Below are positions 40,172 through 54,699 of a stretch of 64,000 bases of DNA, in pieces. The stretch comes from Octopus vulgaris (Eukaryota), in the NCBI GenBank assembly GCA_951406725.2, contig OX597816.1, forward strand, positions 31,000,001-31,064,000, given 5' to 3'. The position numbers and the translations under genes were made by a program. The notes beneath the pieces are model-generated. The model worked only from the letters and a program-made list of their open reading frames with translations, did not search any database and was not told the origin of the DNA. Within the stretch, counting starts at the first letter, position 1; each line of letters begins with the position of its first letter.

Positions 40172-41500
40172 CACCAGTTTTTCCTTGCATTTATTGTTAA
40201 GCACTTATTATTAAGAATGTATCCGTGTGTCTTGATCCATATACCTTTAGGTATTTGTATATCTAGATGTATTCAAATACCTCTTATGGCAATATGCCTT
40301 ATATTTCTATCCCTTTATCTCCACCTTGGCCAGAATAACTCGCATTGTAATTGTAATTAATACTATAACCTTATACAATTATAATATCACATAAATTTCA
40401 TTATCTTCAGTAAGCTCTACCTCCATCCTAACATGAATACCTTCTATTTCTCTTTATAACTGAGAATATCCTCAACCTCATTTAGAGTGTCTAAATATCT
40501 CTGTACCCCAACATTGAAGCGCAATACACAATTATCCTCTTTCAACTGCAGTCTATAAGTCTGAAAATATTTTCATTCATTCATTTATTTTCACCTTTGC
40601 TCTTATATTTCGGACAATTACTTGTAAATTGGAAATTATAACTTAGATCTATCCATAACGGAATAACATTTCCTAAATCTTACTTTAGTGCATAATTTCT
40701 CTCTACATTCTAATACGATAATGTAATAATCGCCTACCTTCCTCCACTAGAGTCAAGCTGAGTTTTTTTCCCTAATTGCTTCAACTTTTTTTTTCTCTCG
40801 TTCAGATAATTACTTGTAAATTGTATATATATATCACAGATATATTCATAAAAATACAATATCAATAACCATAAGTAATATTCATCGCCCATTCATTACA
40901 TACTTCCTTAAATACTTTTATTTTTTGTTTTTATTTTGTCTTGTATTTTATCGATAGACTTAACGGACCTGAACAACACCATAGTTTTAAAATATTAACA
41001 GACCAATGAAGTCGTAGGACTAACTTTGGCCTCACCCTACTCATCATAGGGGTATTACGATGAGGTGTTTGTTTATAAGTAACAAGTGATAAGATCGCAC
41101 TAAGGTTTTACCCCGATTATTCTTTCATTGATATACTTATGTATTCATTTCCCTAAACAAGTTCACATTAAGTTAACTTTGTTAATTTCTTTTATGATAT
41201 TTATTAAATAACAGTTAGCCTCTGACTTTTGACCCCTGTGATATGGACCATCCCAATAAACTCACTCCACAAAGTCTTACTCTCGCTATTTCCCCCAGTA
41301 AAATTGAAATATGATGTAACTCTCATAACCTGTGGAAATTATTCCTGGAAGTGACTTTCTTTACCATAAAATATAATCCCATGGCTTCTGGATATCACCT
41401 TGGAATTGACGTTTTCACCATTCCTTAATATTTCTATTATGATATTATTTTATTCTATATCATTTTAGCCTACCTTCTTACAGGTTAGATTATAACATTA
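39680..41500 (-). mobile_element. Very old PLE-like remnant
   Basis: The minus strand ends with VCRLMKAEPISFIF...IHSKHFLF (cf. CxLCxxExxxI...CxHxxKFLL), followed by a hammerhead-like relic near 39715-39750. Extent is uncertain. Confidence 0.3.
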
Positions 41501-41759
41501 TGGTCTCTCTGATGAAGTTTGGGGCTCAAGCATTGTCCACTATTTGTTCAATATTTGTTCAACATTTGTACAATCCCTGTATATTACTGGCGTCATGTGG
41601 AAAACCTGGCAGATTGGGCAACGCCATAGTATGAACAGCTGTAAGAGTTTAGCATTTGTTTACTCATTTATTCTTATTCGTTTAATTATTTTTATTTATT
41701 TCTTATTTATTTATTTGCTTATTTCATTTGTTTATTTTGATTACTTATACATATGGTAA

Positions 41760-42148
41760 GTGTGGTAAGTAGCTTGCTAACCAACCACATGGTTCCGGGT
41801 TCAGCCCCACTGCGTGGCATCTTGGGCAAGTGTCTTCTACTATAGCCCCGGGCCGACCAATGCGTAGTGAGTGGATTTGGTAGACGGAAACTGAAAGAAG
41901 CCTGTCGTATATATGTATATATATATGTATGTTTGTGTGTTTGTGTGTCTGTGTTTGTACCACTAGCATTGCTTGACAACTGATGCTGGTGTGTTTACGT
42001 CCCCGTCATTTAGCGGTTCAGCAAAAGAGACCGATAGAATAAGTACTGGGCTTACAAAGAATAAGTCCCGGGGTCGATTTGCTCGACTAAAGCGGTGCTC
42101 CAGCATGGCCGCAGTCAAATGACTGAAACAAATAAAAGAGTAAAAGAG
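41760..42148 (+). mobile_element. SINE family 1 copy, slightly 5'-truncated
   Basis: Closely matches 4151-4544; has a (TAAAAGAG)2 tail. Confidence 0.9.
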
Positions 42149-42891
42149 ATATGATTATAATCAATTAATAAATAGATATAAATGAATGTTTATAGGCTAA
42201 TGTTTTTTGATTGATTATCCTCTCCATTTTCTTATTAGACTTATAAATTCCGGGTAAATTTCTGTTTTACCCCCACTCATACTTAGTATTCAATTGCAAT
42301 ACTGCCCTGCAATGGTAAGCACTTGGATATTAATGCGTAGGTATACACCCAGTAGTATATTGGATATTTATTATCCCATAGATGGTTACTTAACCTCTAC
42401 CTCATACGAACACACACACACGCACACATATATGTATATATATATATATATCTATATGTATATTTATGTATGATCGTCTGAGTCATTACTGCAGAGTAAT
42501 ACACTATGCACAATCTGAAGTAAATGTTCTGTATTTCTTCCGTGTGTTTGCAGTCTGGCACGAACGTCAACTACTGCATTGTTGTCAACATCTATCGGCC
42601 GTGTTTTTCTATTGGACATTTTCGGTAGCGTGCGAAATGGAGATTAGTACATGTGGGTAACTGTCTGTCTTCATGAAAATAAGCCATACCCACGGCTTCA
42701 CCCTGAAGAGATGATTGCAAAATGCAAATCGACAATCATCAGCTCCTCGAAGACTTTCAATAAGCAGTTGTCATTTATCCTTCTCTGCTTTTATATGCAA
42801 GGTACCCGATTTTTCCGTCAGACGTTCTCTCACTAATTATATTTCATATTTTACGGCATTCAGAAGGTAATTTTATGTATTGTTCTACGTA

Positions 42892-43054
42892 GGCGTAGGA
42901 GTGGTTGTGTGGTAAGTAGTTTGCTTATGAACCACATGGTTCCGGGTTCAGTCCCACTGCGTGGTACGTTGGACAAGTGTCTTCTGCTATGGCCTTGGGC
43001 CGACCAAAGTCTTGTGAGTGGATTTGGTATACGGAAACTGAAAGAATCTCGTCG

Positions 43055-43086
<32 letters not shown>

Positions 43087-43286
43087 TGTGTGTCTGTGTT
43101 TGTCCCCCCTCCAACATCGCTTGACAGCCAATGGTGGTGTGCTTACGTCCCCGTAACTTAGCGGTTCGGCAAGAGAGACCAATAGAATAAGTACTAGGCT
43201 TACAACGAATAAGTCCTGGGGTCGATTTAGTCGACTAAAGGCGGTGCTCCAGTCAAATGACTGAAAAATGTAAAAGAGTAAAAGAG
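42892..43286 (+). mobile_element. SINE family 1 copy, full length
   Basis: GGCGTAGGAGTGGTTGTGTGGTAAG...GGTTCAGTCCC...internal (TA)n...(TAAAAGAG)2 tail. Confidence 0.9.
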
Positions 43287-44509
43287 AACAGAAATAGTAA
43301 ATAGCAATCTTATATCACATCACAAATGTAATGAAAATCTATTTCTTGCAATATGTCTCTCCTCCAAAACATCTATAGTACTGAGTACAACATTCTTGGC
43401 AATATAATTTCATGAGTGACTTCAATTCAATTTCGTGATTTTAATTCATTATTATTTGTGAAATTTAAATAGTTCAAACCATATTTGAAACTAACACCAG
43501 AATAGTATAATCAGCAACCTACTATATACAAAAGTCTGAATACGCCACTTGAAAACTTACTGCATTTGAGGACAATGCATATGTTATGTCATGTAAAATT
43601 ATTAAAAGTTACGAAGGCGTACGCGCACGCACACACATGCACACACATATATGTATCTATGCATGTAAGTCTGCATAGATAATTTTTCTTTAAAAATTAA
43701 CAAACATATTTCAATATTTGCCTTTAGAATAAAATATTAAATCATATTTGCACTGAGAAAATCAAAGAAAACTGAAACTGCTTTCTCAGTATATAGAGAT
43801 ATTATTTTGTTCAATTTATCTGCAAAGAACATGAACGAATATAACAAACCTGCTAACTTCCTCAATGGAAATACTTTTAAATTATTTAGAATAATGTAAA
43901 TGTTTTTATATATCGAGTCGGTATAATTGTCAATGCAGCTTAAACCAGTTTAACTGACAATGCATGTCTGAAATGTCCACAATTATATCTACGTACCTAA
44001 TTCCTTCTTTTTTTCTTTTTCCGTTTCACCAATGTCTCTATTCACTATACGACTTTTAGTACATAAAACTACACCCATCATCATTAAATTTAGTTCATTA
44101 AATGTAGTTTCACTTTGTCACTCACGGAAGTTCTTTATCGACACCTTTCCCATATGCGCATATATTGTTACAAATATCATTATCTTTCAAAAGCTAAAAC
44201 ATTTCTAAAATTCATTTATTTCTTAGTAAGAAAACCACAGAATTTATCAATGCTCTTGACAAACAAAACAAAAAGGAACTGAAAATTGAAAACCTGATAT
44301 TAAATAGAGAAAACAATAAAATCGAATATGTTATAATCATTGATGGAAAATTTGACAATGCGCATATCATGAGAAACCAGAAATTGCATTGATTTCCTAA
44401 CAAAATAATTTTGATAAAATTATTATATTCCTTGTACGTTATTCAATCACATACACCGCTTCTTTAAGATATAAGGCATTATTCATACATTATAAAGACA
44501 AATATTATT

Positions 44510-44722
44510 GATTTCAAATTTGGGGAGAACGCTAGCGATTTAGGAGTTGGTGATACGTCGATTACGTCGATCCAGTGTTCAACTTGCACTTATTTTATCG
44601 ATCCCGAAAGGATGAAATGCAAAGTGGACACCAGCAGCACTTGAACTCAAAATGTAAATTAGCAGGAAATACTGCAGGGCATTTTCCGCGGCGCGGTAAC
44701 GTTTCTGCCAGCTCGTTGCCTT
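44510..44722 (-). mobile_element. SINE family 2 copy
   Basis: TTTTATCGATCCCGAAAGGATGAAATGCAAAGT...CGTTTCTGCCAGCTCGTTGCC. Confidence 0.75.
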
Positions 44723-44751
44723 AAAGTTCAATACTACAAATATTGTTTATT

Positions 44752-44960
44752 AGGCAGTGATGTGAAAGACTTATTACTGCGTCGGACAAAATGCAAAGCG
44801 GCATTTCTTCTTGCTCATAACGTTCTGAATTCAAATTCTGCTGGGGTCAACTTCTCTTTTCGTATATTCGTAGTCGATAACATAAATAGCAGTAATATAT
44901 CGGAGTTGATTCAATCCACTTTTTTTGCTCTCAAAATTTCTAGCGATGTGTAAAAATTGC
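44752..44960 (+). mobile_element. Degenerate SINE family 2 copy, head-to-head with 44510-44722
   Basis: GGCAGTGATGTG...CGTTCTGAATTCAAATTCTGCTGGGGTCAACTT...GTCGATAA. Confidence 0.65.
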
Positions 44961-46583
44961 AAAGAATTATTAATGCTGATTGTCTAAGAAATACTAAATT
45001 CACAATCAACACCACTAACTTATTAAGCGGTGTCGTTGCTGAATTGCGAACAAGCTGGGCAACCTCTTAGCGGGGTGTATTTTTCCGGTGTTTTAGTTTT
45101 ATGTTCAATCTTTGTAGAGGTTGACCCTACATTTTAGCCTTTCGCAGGCGATAACAAAATTACCATTAAATACTTTTGTGAAAGTAATCGACCTGTTCAC
45201 TCCCCTGAAAAGTCTGAGATTGGGCGGCAAATGTTTTAAACAAATATTAATATCACGATTAATAATATTTTTAGATGAATATGTATCCAATCGACAGTAC
45301 ATTCAGTTGATTACCCATTAAAATTGATTCCGATTTTACATATGTCTCTGTATATTTCAGTTCTCATTCCATTGCAATATTCTTGACTTTTTTTCTTCTT
45401 TCTGTGCTGACAATGTATCTATCAACGAAATAATGGGGTTGTGAGTGCCAATCGCCACTCCAAAGAATTATCTGTCGAATGTTGACTGTTAAACGTATAA
45501 TCGATATAGATAGACAATAAGAGAATGCTGAAGCTTTTAGTCAGCACTGGATCGACAAAAGGCAAGTAGAATAGTATCCATTAAATCGAATTTACCAGCC
45601 ACATTGTTATTGATGTTAATTGTAGTATTCTACAAAAATAGGAAAATACGAATTTTCTGATAAATGTCATGTAGTTCCTATTGATATTTGCGTTTATTTT
45701 TGCTAAGCTTTACCAATATAGATACCAGTATTGCAATAATCTATACGAATACCATGGAAGCTTCTATACCATCATCGTCTTCATTTTGTTAATGTTGTTG
45801 AGATCCAGGTCAGTCCTCAGCAGATCTACGTTAGAAATCCTTCCATGCATAACCACCTTCGGTCTTTTTCAATTTATTTTCTTCCAGGGTCATTATATTT
45901 AGTTGCGTCGTGCATTTTATAAGGTTTAAGCTGTTATTTCAAGTTTATTTGACGTCTAACTTTCATTATTTCAATCAACAACCTGGAGATTCCTGGCAGA
46001 ATCATTAGTCCGTAATAGAAAATAACTTTTGTTCCGGGTTTTTACATTTTAAGTTACAATCTCCCAAGATCAAATCTGCATTTCATCACCTCGCTGTCCC
46101 TTAACTACGGCACTTGGTGTACTTGTGACGATAGTAACGACTAACGTATTCCTCTAAATACCAAGTCCTGAGCCTATTCTGCACAAGTATACAGCAAAAT
46201 CACAGAATTGTTGATACATCTGAGAAAATAAAATTTTTATTCAAAAGAGCGCATTTTTTCTTAGTTCAAAACACATAATGATAGGGGTCAGTTAAAATGA
46301 GTTGTAACTTCCTCTCGAAATTACTGTCATTGCATCTAAGTTAGAAATAATTTCTTTGACGACGCGAGCTAGCGGAGTCGTTAGAGCGCTGAAAATCGGA
46401 CAATCGACAAACAAGCCATGCAAGTGCTTACGTTCTGACTCCACGTCGTACTGAGATAACCTTTCCATTCAGAGCATTAAAACATAATACTAGACAAGTA
46501 CTTAAGTCGGTGGTATCGGCTAACACCATCTAGTCCAAACTGACAAGTTATTGCTTAAATAGAAATTTCTCCTTCTTCTTCTT

Positions 46584-46658
<75 letters not shown>

Positions 46659-47086
46659 GCTTTATGGTGTAGCACCCTATGCAGCGTCATCAACTTTTTC
46701 ATCCTCCGATCCAGTATTGCTATTTCCTCCTTAGTCCATTTGAGGATGAACGCACTATATCTGATCACCACAAGTACCCAGATTTTCATTGCGGTAATCA
46801 AATTTTGGGTATTCAGGTTGGATTTTAACACACTCTTCACTCTCTTTTCATACGTGTCGGTGATATTGACTGTTATTTCTCTATGTAGAATGTCATCCGT
46901 TTCCAAAGTCCCTAAATAGATATACCAACAGCCATCGGGTTTACCCATGGTCTCTACCCATGGTAACCGCAATCGTGTGCAGGCTGATTTCTTCCCGCTT
47001 TTCATATTAAGTACTGAGCATTTGGTAATCCCAAATTCCATACTGAATTCCCTACCACATTTCTGGACTGTTGTGGTTAAGTAATC
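46659..47086 (-). pseudogene. R4/Dong-clade LINE RT-thumb fragment flanked by (ATT)n tracts
   Basis: ORF 46520..47041: MEFGITKCSVL...YIYLGTLE...KRVKSVLKSNLNTQNLITAMKIWVLVVIRYSA..KWTKEEIAILDRRMKKLMTLHRVLH. Confidence 0.85.
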
Positions 47087-47087
47087 T

Positions 47088-47256
<169 letters not shown>

Positions 47257-47273
47257 AATATTATTATTAGTAA

Positions 47274-47637
47274 GGCAGCGAACTGGTAGAGTCATTTGTA
47301 CGCCGGGCAAAATGTTGAGCGGCATTTCATCCGACTTTACGTTCTGAGTTCAAATTCCCCCGGGGTCTCGTTTGTCCGTTGTAGGTGAAAAGTGTTCACA
47401 TCTGTGATGCATTGCTACTATTGGTTTCGAATTTTAGCACGAATCCAGCAATCTGAGGAGAAGTTAAATTGATTACATCGACACCAGAACTCCACTTGTG
47501 ATTACTTTTTCGACTCTGAAACGATGAAAGGCAAAGACAACCACGGCCGCATTTTATCTCAGAACGTAATAACCGGACGAAGTACAGCCAGACATTTTGC
47601 CCAGGGTAATAAATATTGTACCAGCTAATCGCCCGCG
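47274..47637. mobile_element. Two SINE family 2 copies in convergent orientation (47274-47380 plus, about 47415-47637 minus)
   Basis: GGCAGCGAACTGGTAGAGTC...GTTCTGAGTTCAAATTCC on plus; GATGAAAGGCAAAGAC...CTCAGAACGTAA...CCAGCTAATCGCC as the reverse copy. Confidence 0.7.
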
Positions 47638-47769
47638 AAAGCATTACCATGCTCTTCACTGTTAGTATCTGTTTTATTTTTTTAAACGATACAAATTTGA
47701 TTCTGTGCCTTAGTTTTATGTCTTATTTTCTACATTTGTAAGCACGAAAGCTAAGTTGAAAACTGTATT

Positions 47770-48730
47770 TTTTTTTCTGGTAACCATGGATGTTTCTTCT
47801 TTATATTCCAATATTGACCAGGATGAAAGGGTAGAAGCATGCATGAGTGCGTTTGAAAAATGGTCAATATATTCATTCTTTGTAGGCTATTGAGGTTGTC
47901 TTACAAAGTAATATAATGTAGTTTGGACAAACGTTTTTGACCCAGATGTGGGGTTGCACCATGGGTACCCCCATGCCAGTTTATCTTGCTAATGTCCTCA
48001 TGAAAAAAATTCGAGACATAGTTACCGAAGATTCATATCCCTACATGGTCATGAACCAATATTCTGGTTACAGTCCTTCGATGACATCTTTGTTGTCTGG
48101 GAAGGATCAAAAATAATTTAATTGATTTTGTTCCATTTCTGTGACTTTTATGCTGAAACCTATTTCCTTAATGTTGACATAAAATTTACGTCAAATTTCT
48201 CAAAAACCAGCGTTGAACTTTTGGTCACAAAAGTTAAGTTTTCCTGAGGCAGTTATCCTGAGGCAGAATAATGACAGAGTTGGTTTGCAAGCTACGTCAT
48301 ACCACATCCACCTCCACCACTGAACTGACCATCCACATCATGTAATTTATTCAAATCTGAAATCCCGATGTTTTGGGGTTAAAACAGATTTGTACTGACG
48401 AAGGAGATTGCTGGAAACACGCGAATGCTTCTGTACACCATCGTTCAAACGCGGTTACAGTGAATCACGATTAAAGGAAATAGCAAATGACGTAAATAAG
48501 ATTAGCAAAGAAAATCAAACATTCACGTATAAATTTGGCAAAGTATATCTGACAGAATACCTTTCTCTGGCAGTTCAAAAGAATTACATAACAGTTAACA
48601 GAACGTTGCGAAAAATATCCTCGTTTCAAACAAATATTTCCTCAACCGACTGTAGTCTTTAAACAGAATAAAAATATAAGTGAACTATTAACCTGTACTT
48701 CTGACTCTAAAAAACTATCAGTGGAGTATT
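47770..48730 (+). pseudogene. Penelope-like element reverse transcriptase remnant
   Basis: Manual translation: TMDVSSLYSNIDQDERVEAC, QMWGCTMGTPMPVYLANVLM, PIFWLQSFDDIFVVWEG, FKRGYSESRLKEI. Confidence 0.82.
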
Positions 48731-49909
48731 TGCAGAAACCCTATATACATATGATGACTACCCGTCTGATAAGGGTATACCAAGCACATATATCATTGTG
48801 ATCTCATATCAAGATAAACTGTGCATGACCTTGCAAGTTGTATCCGGTTAGAATCTTCTTCGCGTCGTGTAGCCCATATCACTGAAAATGTCCCTGAATA
48901 AGGATTGTTTAAGGATGGTGAACGAAACACACATGTTTCCAAAGCTGAATTATCCAAACCCCAAGTATTTCCTTTCAACATATGGCTACGATGCTCTCCC
49001 GATACTTCTGCTCGTGATCAGTGATGCACATTTCGTCAGTCACTAAGGGACATACTCAGCTGGTGAAGGTCAAACAACTGACTAGCAAATCTGTGGTATT
49101 GACCAGAATATTTATTATAGCGCATCATGTATACCAAGACAACACAATGTGCATGATAACACTTCCAATCGGTTAAGATGAGAACTCATGAGAGCCAGTG
49201 CCATGTAAATATCATCATCAGTAGCAGGAGAAGCACTTTTTTTTCTGTTTTTGAAAAAAGCAGAAACAATAAAATGTTAATCGAAATGCCACCCGGTGTG
49301 TATCTGCAATTCTCTATCAAATGAATATAGATACCATGGGTTACACGTATTCTTTCGTTCTTGCGGAAATAATCAAGTACTTCAGTCTAGACCGAGAACA
49401 TTTTTGTATATTATTCGTGGCTTTAAGATTTTTGTCTTTTCATCAGTTTGAAAGTATTAATTATTATCATATTTAAATGCGGCTAATATCAGAATCAAGA
49501 CTGATTTACTCGGTATCTGATACCACACTGACATATACATGATTCCAAAATAGTTATTTGCATAACTGCAAACTGATAACAGAATTGTAATAACGATATT
49601 TAAACTAATACAAATATCGGCATTATCATATTTGGAAGCATATACCATTCAAGAATCCGTATAGTTATCTTCATAAACTGATACGGTATGTTAATTCTAT
49701 TCTTGTATATGGATTATTACACCGGTAATTTCCTGTTTGCAATATGATAACATATACGATATCGACATACTTGTAAGCCGAAGTCATTATCAGTAGTATG
49801 GGGCCTGTAAGCTGATCTCTTTATCACTGCTACTGTAAACTAATCTAAGAAGCTAGCGGGCTGGCCGTTATTGGTAAAGTTAGTATACCATTGTGATATA
49901 CTGCTAATA

Positions 49910-50105
49910 TTGGTTTCAATTGCGGCACAAGTCCAACAATTTTGGGGGTGGGCTTAAGTCGATTACACCAACCACAGCGTTCAATTGGTACTTACTTTAT
50001 CGAAACCGAAAATATGAGAAACAAATTCGACGTTGGTGGAATTTAATCTCAGAGCCTATAGATACCTGAGAATTTTGGCCGATGTACAAACGATTCCGCC
50101 AGCTC
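49910..50105 (-). mobile_element. Degenerate SINE family 2 copy
   Basis: TGGTACTTACTTTATCGAAACCGAAAATATGAG...GGAATTTAATCTCAGAG...GATTCCGCCAGCTCAC. Confidence 0.65.
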
Positions 50106-50709
50106 ACTGTCCTGTGCATTGCTAATATCAATTCTAGATTCAAGTCGGCGAAGTTGGCTGAATCGTTAGCATGCTGAGCAAAAAAGCTATATTAATGCCA
50201 GATTAATAATTTGGATATTCGCCATTGACTCAATAATTTCATCTATGGAAATCGTTCCTATCCACCTTCAAGCACGGCATGATTTTAACGTATTCCTACT
50301 CGTATGGTCACATGCATTGTAACACATAGCTAAGCTCATGACAGGAGGTACTATTCCGCGTCAGAGTAGAACAAGGAATAATTGTATCTAAGAGAGTGTT
50401 CCAAACTCTTTTAACCTAAAACAAGGTCCCATTACCGGGTGTAGTTTAAACTGTCAACGGTCATGATCAATTAGGTGAGTTTGCAAACTATTATAATCAA
50501 GTATATTCGTGGCATGTGCAGATGAGACATATCAACTAACAAAAGCTAAAATCAATTAAAACCGAGATCGAAATTCATGCCTCACCCTTCGATCGAGATC
50601 GACCTGGATAGAATTACTTAGCTCAACGATTGATATCTTCGCGATAGGAAATGCAGAGTTTGTTATATTCAAACCTTGTCTCATATGACAGCTTACAATA
50701 TTATTTCAT

Positions 50710-50875
50710 TCTAGTATAGGCACAAAGCATGAAATTTTGGGGGAGAGGACTAATCGATTAGATCAACCCCAGTGCTTCACTAGTACTTAATCTATCGAGC
50801 ACCGAATGATGAAAGACAAAGTAGACCTCGGCGGAATTTGAACTCAGAACACGGTGACACACGAAATGAGCTTGC
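50710..50875 (-). mobile_element. SINE family 2 copy, partial
   Basis: ATGAAAGACAAAGTAGACCTCGGCGGAATTTGAACTCAGAAC. Confidence 0.7.
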
Positions 50876-52353
50876 CGTCTTAGCTTACAGTAATAATACA
50901 ATGGAAAACAATGTATTAGCTTTATCTCACACACAGACACACATGCACGCACGCGCGCGTGCGCGTTTGTGTCTCGGAGAGAGGGTGTTTCGTGTGTGTG
51001 TGTGTGTGTGTATGTAATGATGAGACGGATAGATGCAAATATATTTAAAAAGATACATTGAAATAACTAAGCCTTTTGCATTGTTTCAGTGAAATATTTC
51101 TTGTATATATATATATATATGATGTGGTTGTTCTTTAGTTCTCGGTTCGAAATTACTTTGGTCAACTATGACCGGAAATGTACAAGCCGAGACCATCCAA
51201 TTGTACTGCATTTCATATCATAGGTTGTGAACATGTATATCACTTCATAAGAAAAGATCTGATCTGTGACATGCTTGTTTGCTGCTTATTGCAGCGTTTG
51301 AGAGCGGTTATACACCAATCATTCGGTTGTTCACTTATATATTTTAAATATATAAATTTACATTATAGCTGTTATAAATAAGTTCATTAATTAAAAAAAT
51401 ATATTTAAAGAATATAATGTATTCTTGATTTCTTATTATTCTGGCAGAATTTCCTGTAATAGATTCGTGATGGAATATTATTTTACATTTTAACTTTAGT
51501 AGAACGTAAAGTTCTGAAAGTATTGCTACACATCTAATCATATGGCTTTCAAAGTTACGATGGGCTATTAACTAAGACTGTATGAAATAGACAGAGGTAA
51601 ATGCTTTCTCCTTGTACATAATATCTTTACAGACATTCATGTATCTATCTAGTTAAATAGATTTTTAAAATTACTTTTAATTGATTGCACCTTATAATAT
51701 TACTGACTATATAATGCCATTAAAATGTCCTGGTGTAATTTTGAAATGTTATTCCATATTTTATACCTTATCATCTATATGTTATATACTCAAAACATTT
51801 TTACAGATTTAATACCTATATTTTGTGAGTGGTTATCAAATCTATTGTAGCATTAGAAAAAAAATTATGTCAAAAGTAGCAATTGCATTAGATTTCCTTT
51901 ATAGGGACACGCAAAGTCTATTCTTTGCGCAGTTAATCTGGTTTGATGTCTGACTTGCAAGCCTAGTTACTTATATTGTGACTCAGGTTATAGATGAAAT
52001 GTCAGCTGCTAATTGTACTTCTTAAACACTAGAATCTTATCACGATCCCTATACATAATGAGAACTGACAAGCACGAGAGTAAATCTGTTTAAAATGAAA
52101 TCTTAGGCTGGTCAATTATGCTATGAACAGATTAGTTTTACCACTTACACAATCGATCATCTTTCTTACAAATTTATAATTGTTAATGATAATTTCTAAT
52201 TTAGGTACATGATAAGTATTTTGGTAGGTGGGTAAGTGGATGGCATCGACTTTAGAACTTCAGAAGTATTTTCTACTAGATGTACTATAGATGAGAGGGA
52301 AATTGGCCACAGCATGATGCAGAGACGTGATAGGATGGGAAATTATTTTAACA

Positions 52354-52993
52354 CTAGCAGTATCGCCCGGCGTTGCTCGGGTTTGTAAGGGAAATAACTA
52401 TATAAGCATTTTTAGAGAGTTATAGCCCAAAAATAGCAAAAAATGCATTAAAAATGGAAAAAATATGATCGTAAATTTTTTTTTAAATCGTTGACTCATC
52501 GTAGACATTTTTAGAGAGTTACTTCCCTTATATAATAGCGAAAAAATGCATTAAAATGGAAAAAAAAACGATGGTAAATTTATTTTTAAATCGTAGACTC
52601 ATGTAGACGCTTTCTTAGCCATTTCTGTTTTGGTGTCTTCAAGCCATGAAGTCGTTGTTCTAAAAGAACACTGGTCTCCTTGACAACGCATTACGACGTT
52701 GATTTCCTTACACTCCCTTCCCCACAGGTGCAGGTGTGAGCGTGGACGCCAACTCCGCCGCCATCGACACACGAAAAATTATGCATTAAAATGGAATAAA
52801 AAATGATGTTAAATTATTTTTAAAATCGTAGACTCATCGTAGACGCGCGCTAATATTCAGATGGGCTCGATATGAATCACGACTATAAGCTACCCGAATT
52901 TGGTTAAACTGCACCGCAAAATGTGGGAGTAGTTAGGAATCTAAATCGAAGGGGACAGACACTCACACAACTACAGTTTTATATATATATAGA
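52354..52993 (-). mobile_element. Non-autonomous Helitron (640 bp)
   Basis: Minus strand: A|TCTATATATA...CCCGAGCAACGCCGGG hairpin...CTAG|T, with canonical 5'-TC, 3'-CTAG and AT target. Three internal subrepeats ATGCATTAAAATGGAA...AAATCGT.GACTCAT. Confidence 0.85.
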
Positions 52994-53084
52994 TATACAT
53001 AGCGCAGTAGTGGTGAGATGTGACAGCAAAGAAAAGCATACATTCACTCTCTGCATGCAATTAGACTCGGAAAGTTCGTGAGGA

Positions 53085-53390
53085 ACCCATTGACCCAATT
53101 TGCTGACTTTTCCGATAGCACATAGGTCTCAATGAATGGTTGAATGACCAAATCCAAGCTTCTCTGCTAGTTCCTCAACAGTTACGATGAGATTTTGTTC
53201 CACCATCGTTTTCAGGATGTCCTTGTCGAGTTCTACAGATCTTTCAGGATGAGGCTCGTCTTCTAGGCTGTAGTTTATGGCTCGGGATTTCTGGAACCAC
53301 CATTGACACTGCCTTACGCTTATTGTCCAATCCCCATATACTGCATTAATATTTCTTGTACTTTGCACACATTTATATTCTGTTATTCTT
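53085..53390 (-). pseudogene. Mariner transposase N-terminal (HTH) fragment
   Basis: ORF 53129..53431: TRNINAVYGDWTISVRQCQWWFQK...SLEDEPHPER...TVEELAEKLGFGHSTIH. Confidence 0.8.
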
Positions 53391-53659
53391 TTATATGTTT
53401 CAGCCTTGAGGTTGTGGCCATGCTGGATCATGTGTGTGTGTGTGTGTGTCTATCTCTCTGTCTGTCTGTATGTATATATGTATATGTATGTGTGTGAACA
53501 ATAATATTTTCAACAGATGTGTTGCAAATGTATCTGATTGTTCTCAAGCTTCAATACTGTGTGTGTGTGTATGTGTGTGTGTATGTATGTATGTATATGC
53601 ATGTATGTATGTATATGTATGTATGTATGTGTGTATGTATGTATGTGTGTGTGTATGTA

Positions 53660-53690
<31 letters not shown>

Positions 53691-54699
53691 ATGTATGTAT
53701 GTATGTATGTATGTGTATGTTTACTTTATTACTAACACAAGCCACTACGGTTATTTAATGTAAAGTCTTCGTCAAATCACTCTCTCTCTCGCTATTTACT
53801 CTCTTCCAAGAACATTTTCACTCACTCTTAGCTCTTAGCTTCCCATACATTTTACTCATGTATCTATCAGCGTCATAGACAGAATACTTTCAGTTTAGTC
53901 TTCCTCAAATCACTCTGTCGCTATTTACTTTCATTTTATTCATTGCCCACTGTGTGTGTGCGTTTGCGTGTGGTGTAAACCAGACTAAGAAAAGCATTTG
54001 ACACACACACCAAAATGTGAGTTTTCTGTAAATTTTGCTTAATTGGAGTTTAAATTTTAAAAACTGGACCTGGCATGACGCGATGCATTGTACTGTTAAA
54101 AATGCTAGGTAAATTGTAATTGAAGAAATCCTATATTGTAGATTTGTATAACTCCCAAAGGGAGGCAGATAAAATCTGCCTTTTATAATAAGAGATACGT
54201 TGCCAAGCATTCTGTCTGACGCCTTCATGTTTCTCGTCATTCAATCATAAGCATAATGATGTCTTTCTAATATTTGCAGGAGATGTAACGTTGTATTATA
54301 CCGACACCGGTGCTCAAATGGTTTTATTTTATCTATCCGCAAAGTAACGAAGGACCTGAATAATTCTAACGATGCTCAGAAGCACTTGCTCTTTTGCGTT
54401 CTGATCTTACTGATTCGAAGTGTTATCATGTACATGTTTTGTTATGATGTAAATGATGGACTATAGTAAATATTCTACTCAATATTACAGATTTGCTTCT
54501 CAGTTGCTTGACCTTAACCAGTTGAGTAAATTCCTTGATTTCTGATGATATTTGACATTATTTGACTGCTATATATGTTATTAAAGCCGCGAATATGAAT
54601 AACGTACACGTTTCGTTGTCACTTTTATATCAGAGGAAAATTCCTTTCTTAAAATAATAAATGGCATACTTGACAATTTTGTTCTAAATACAAAATGGT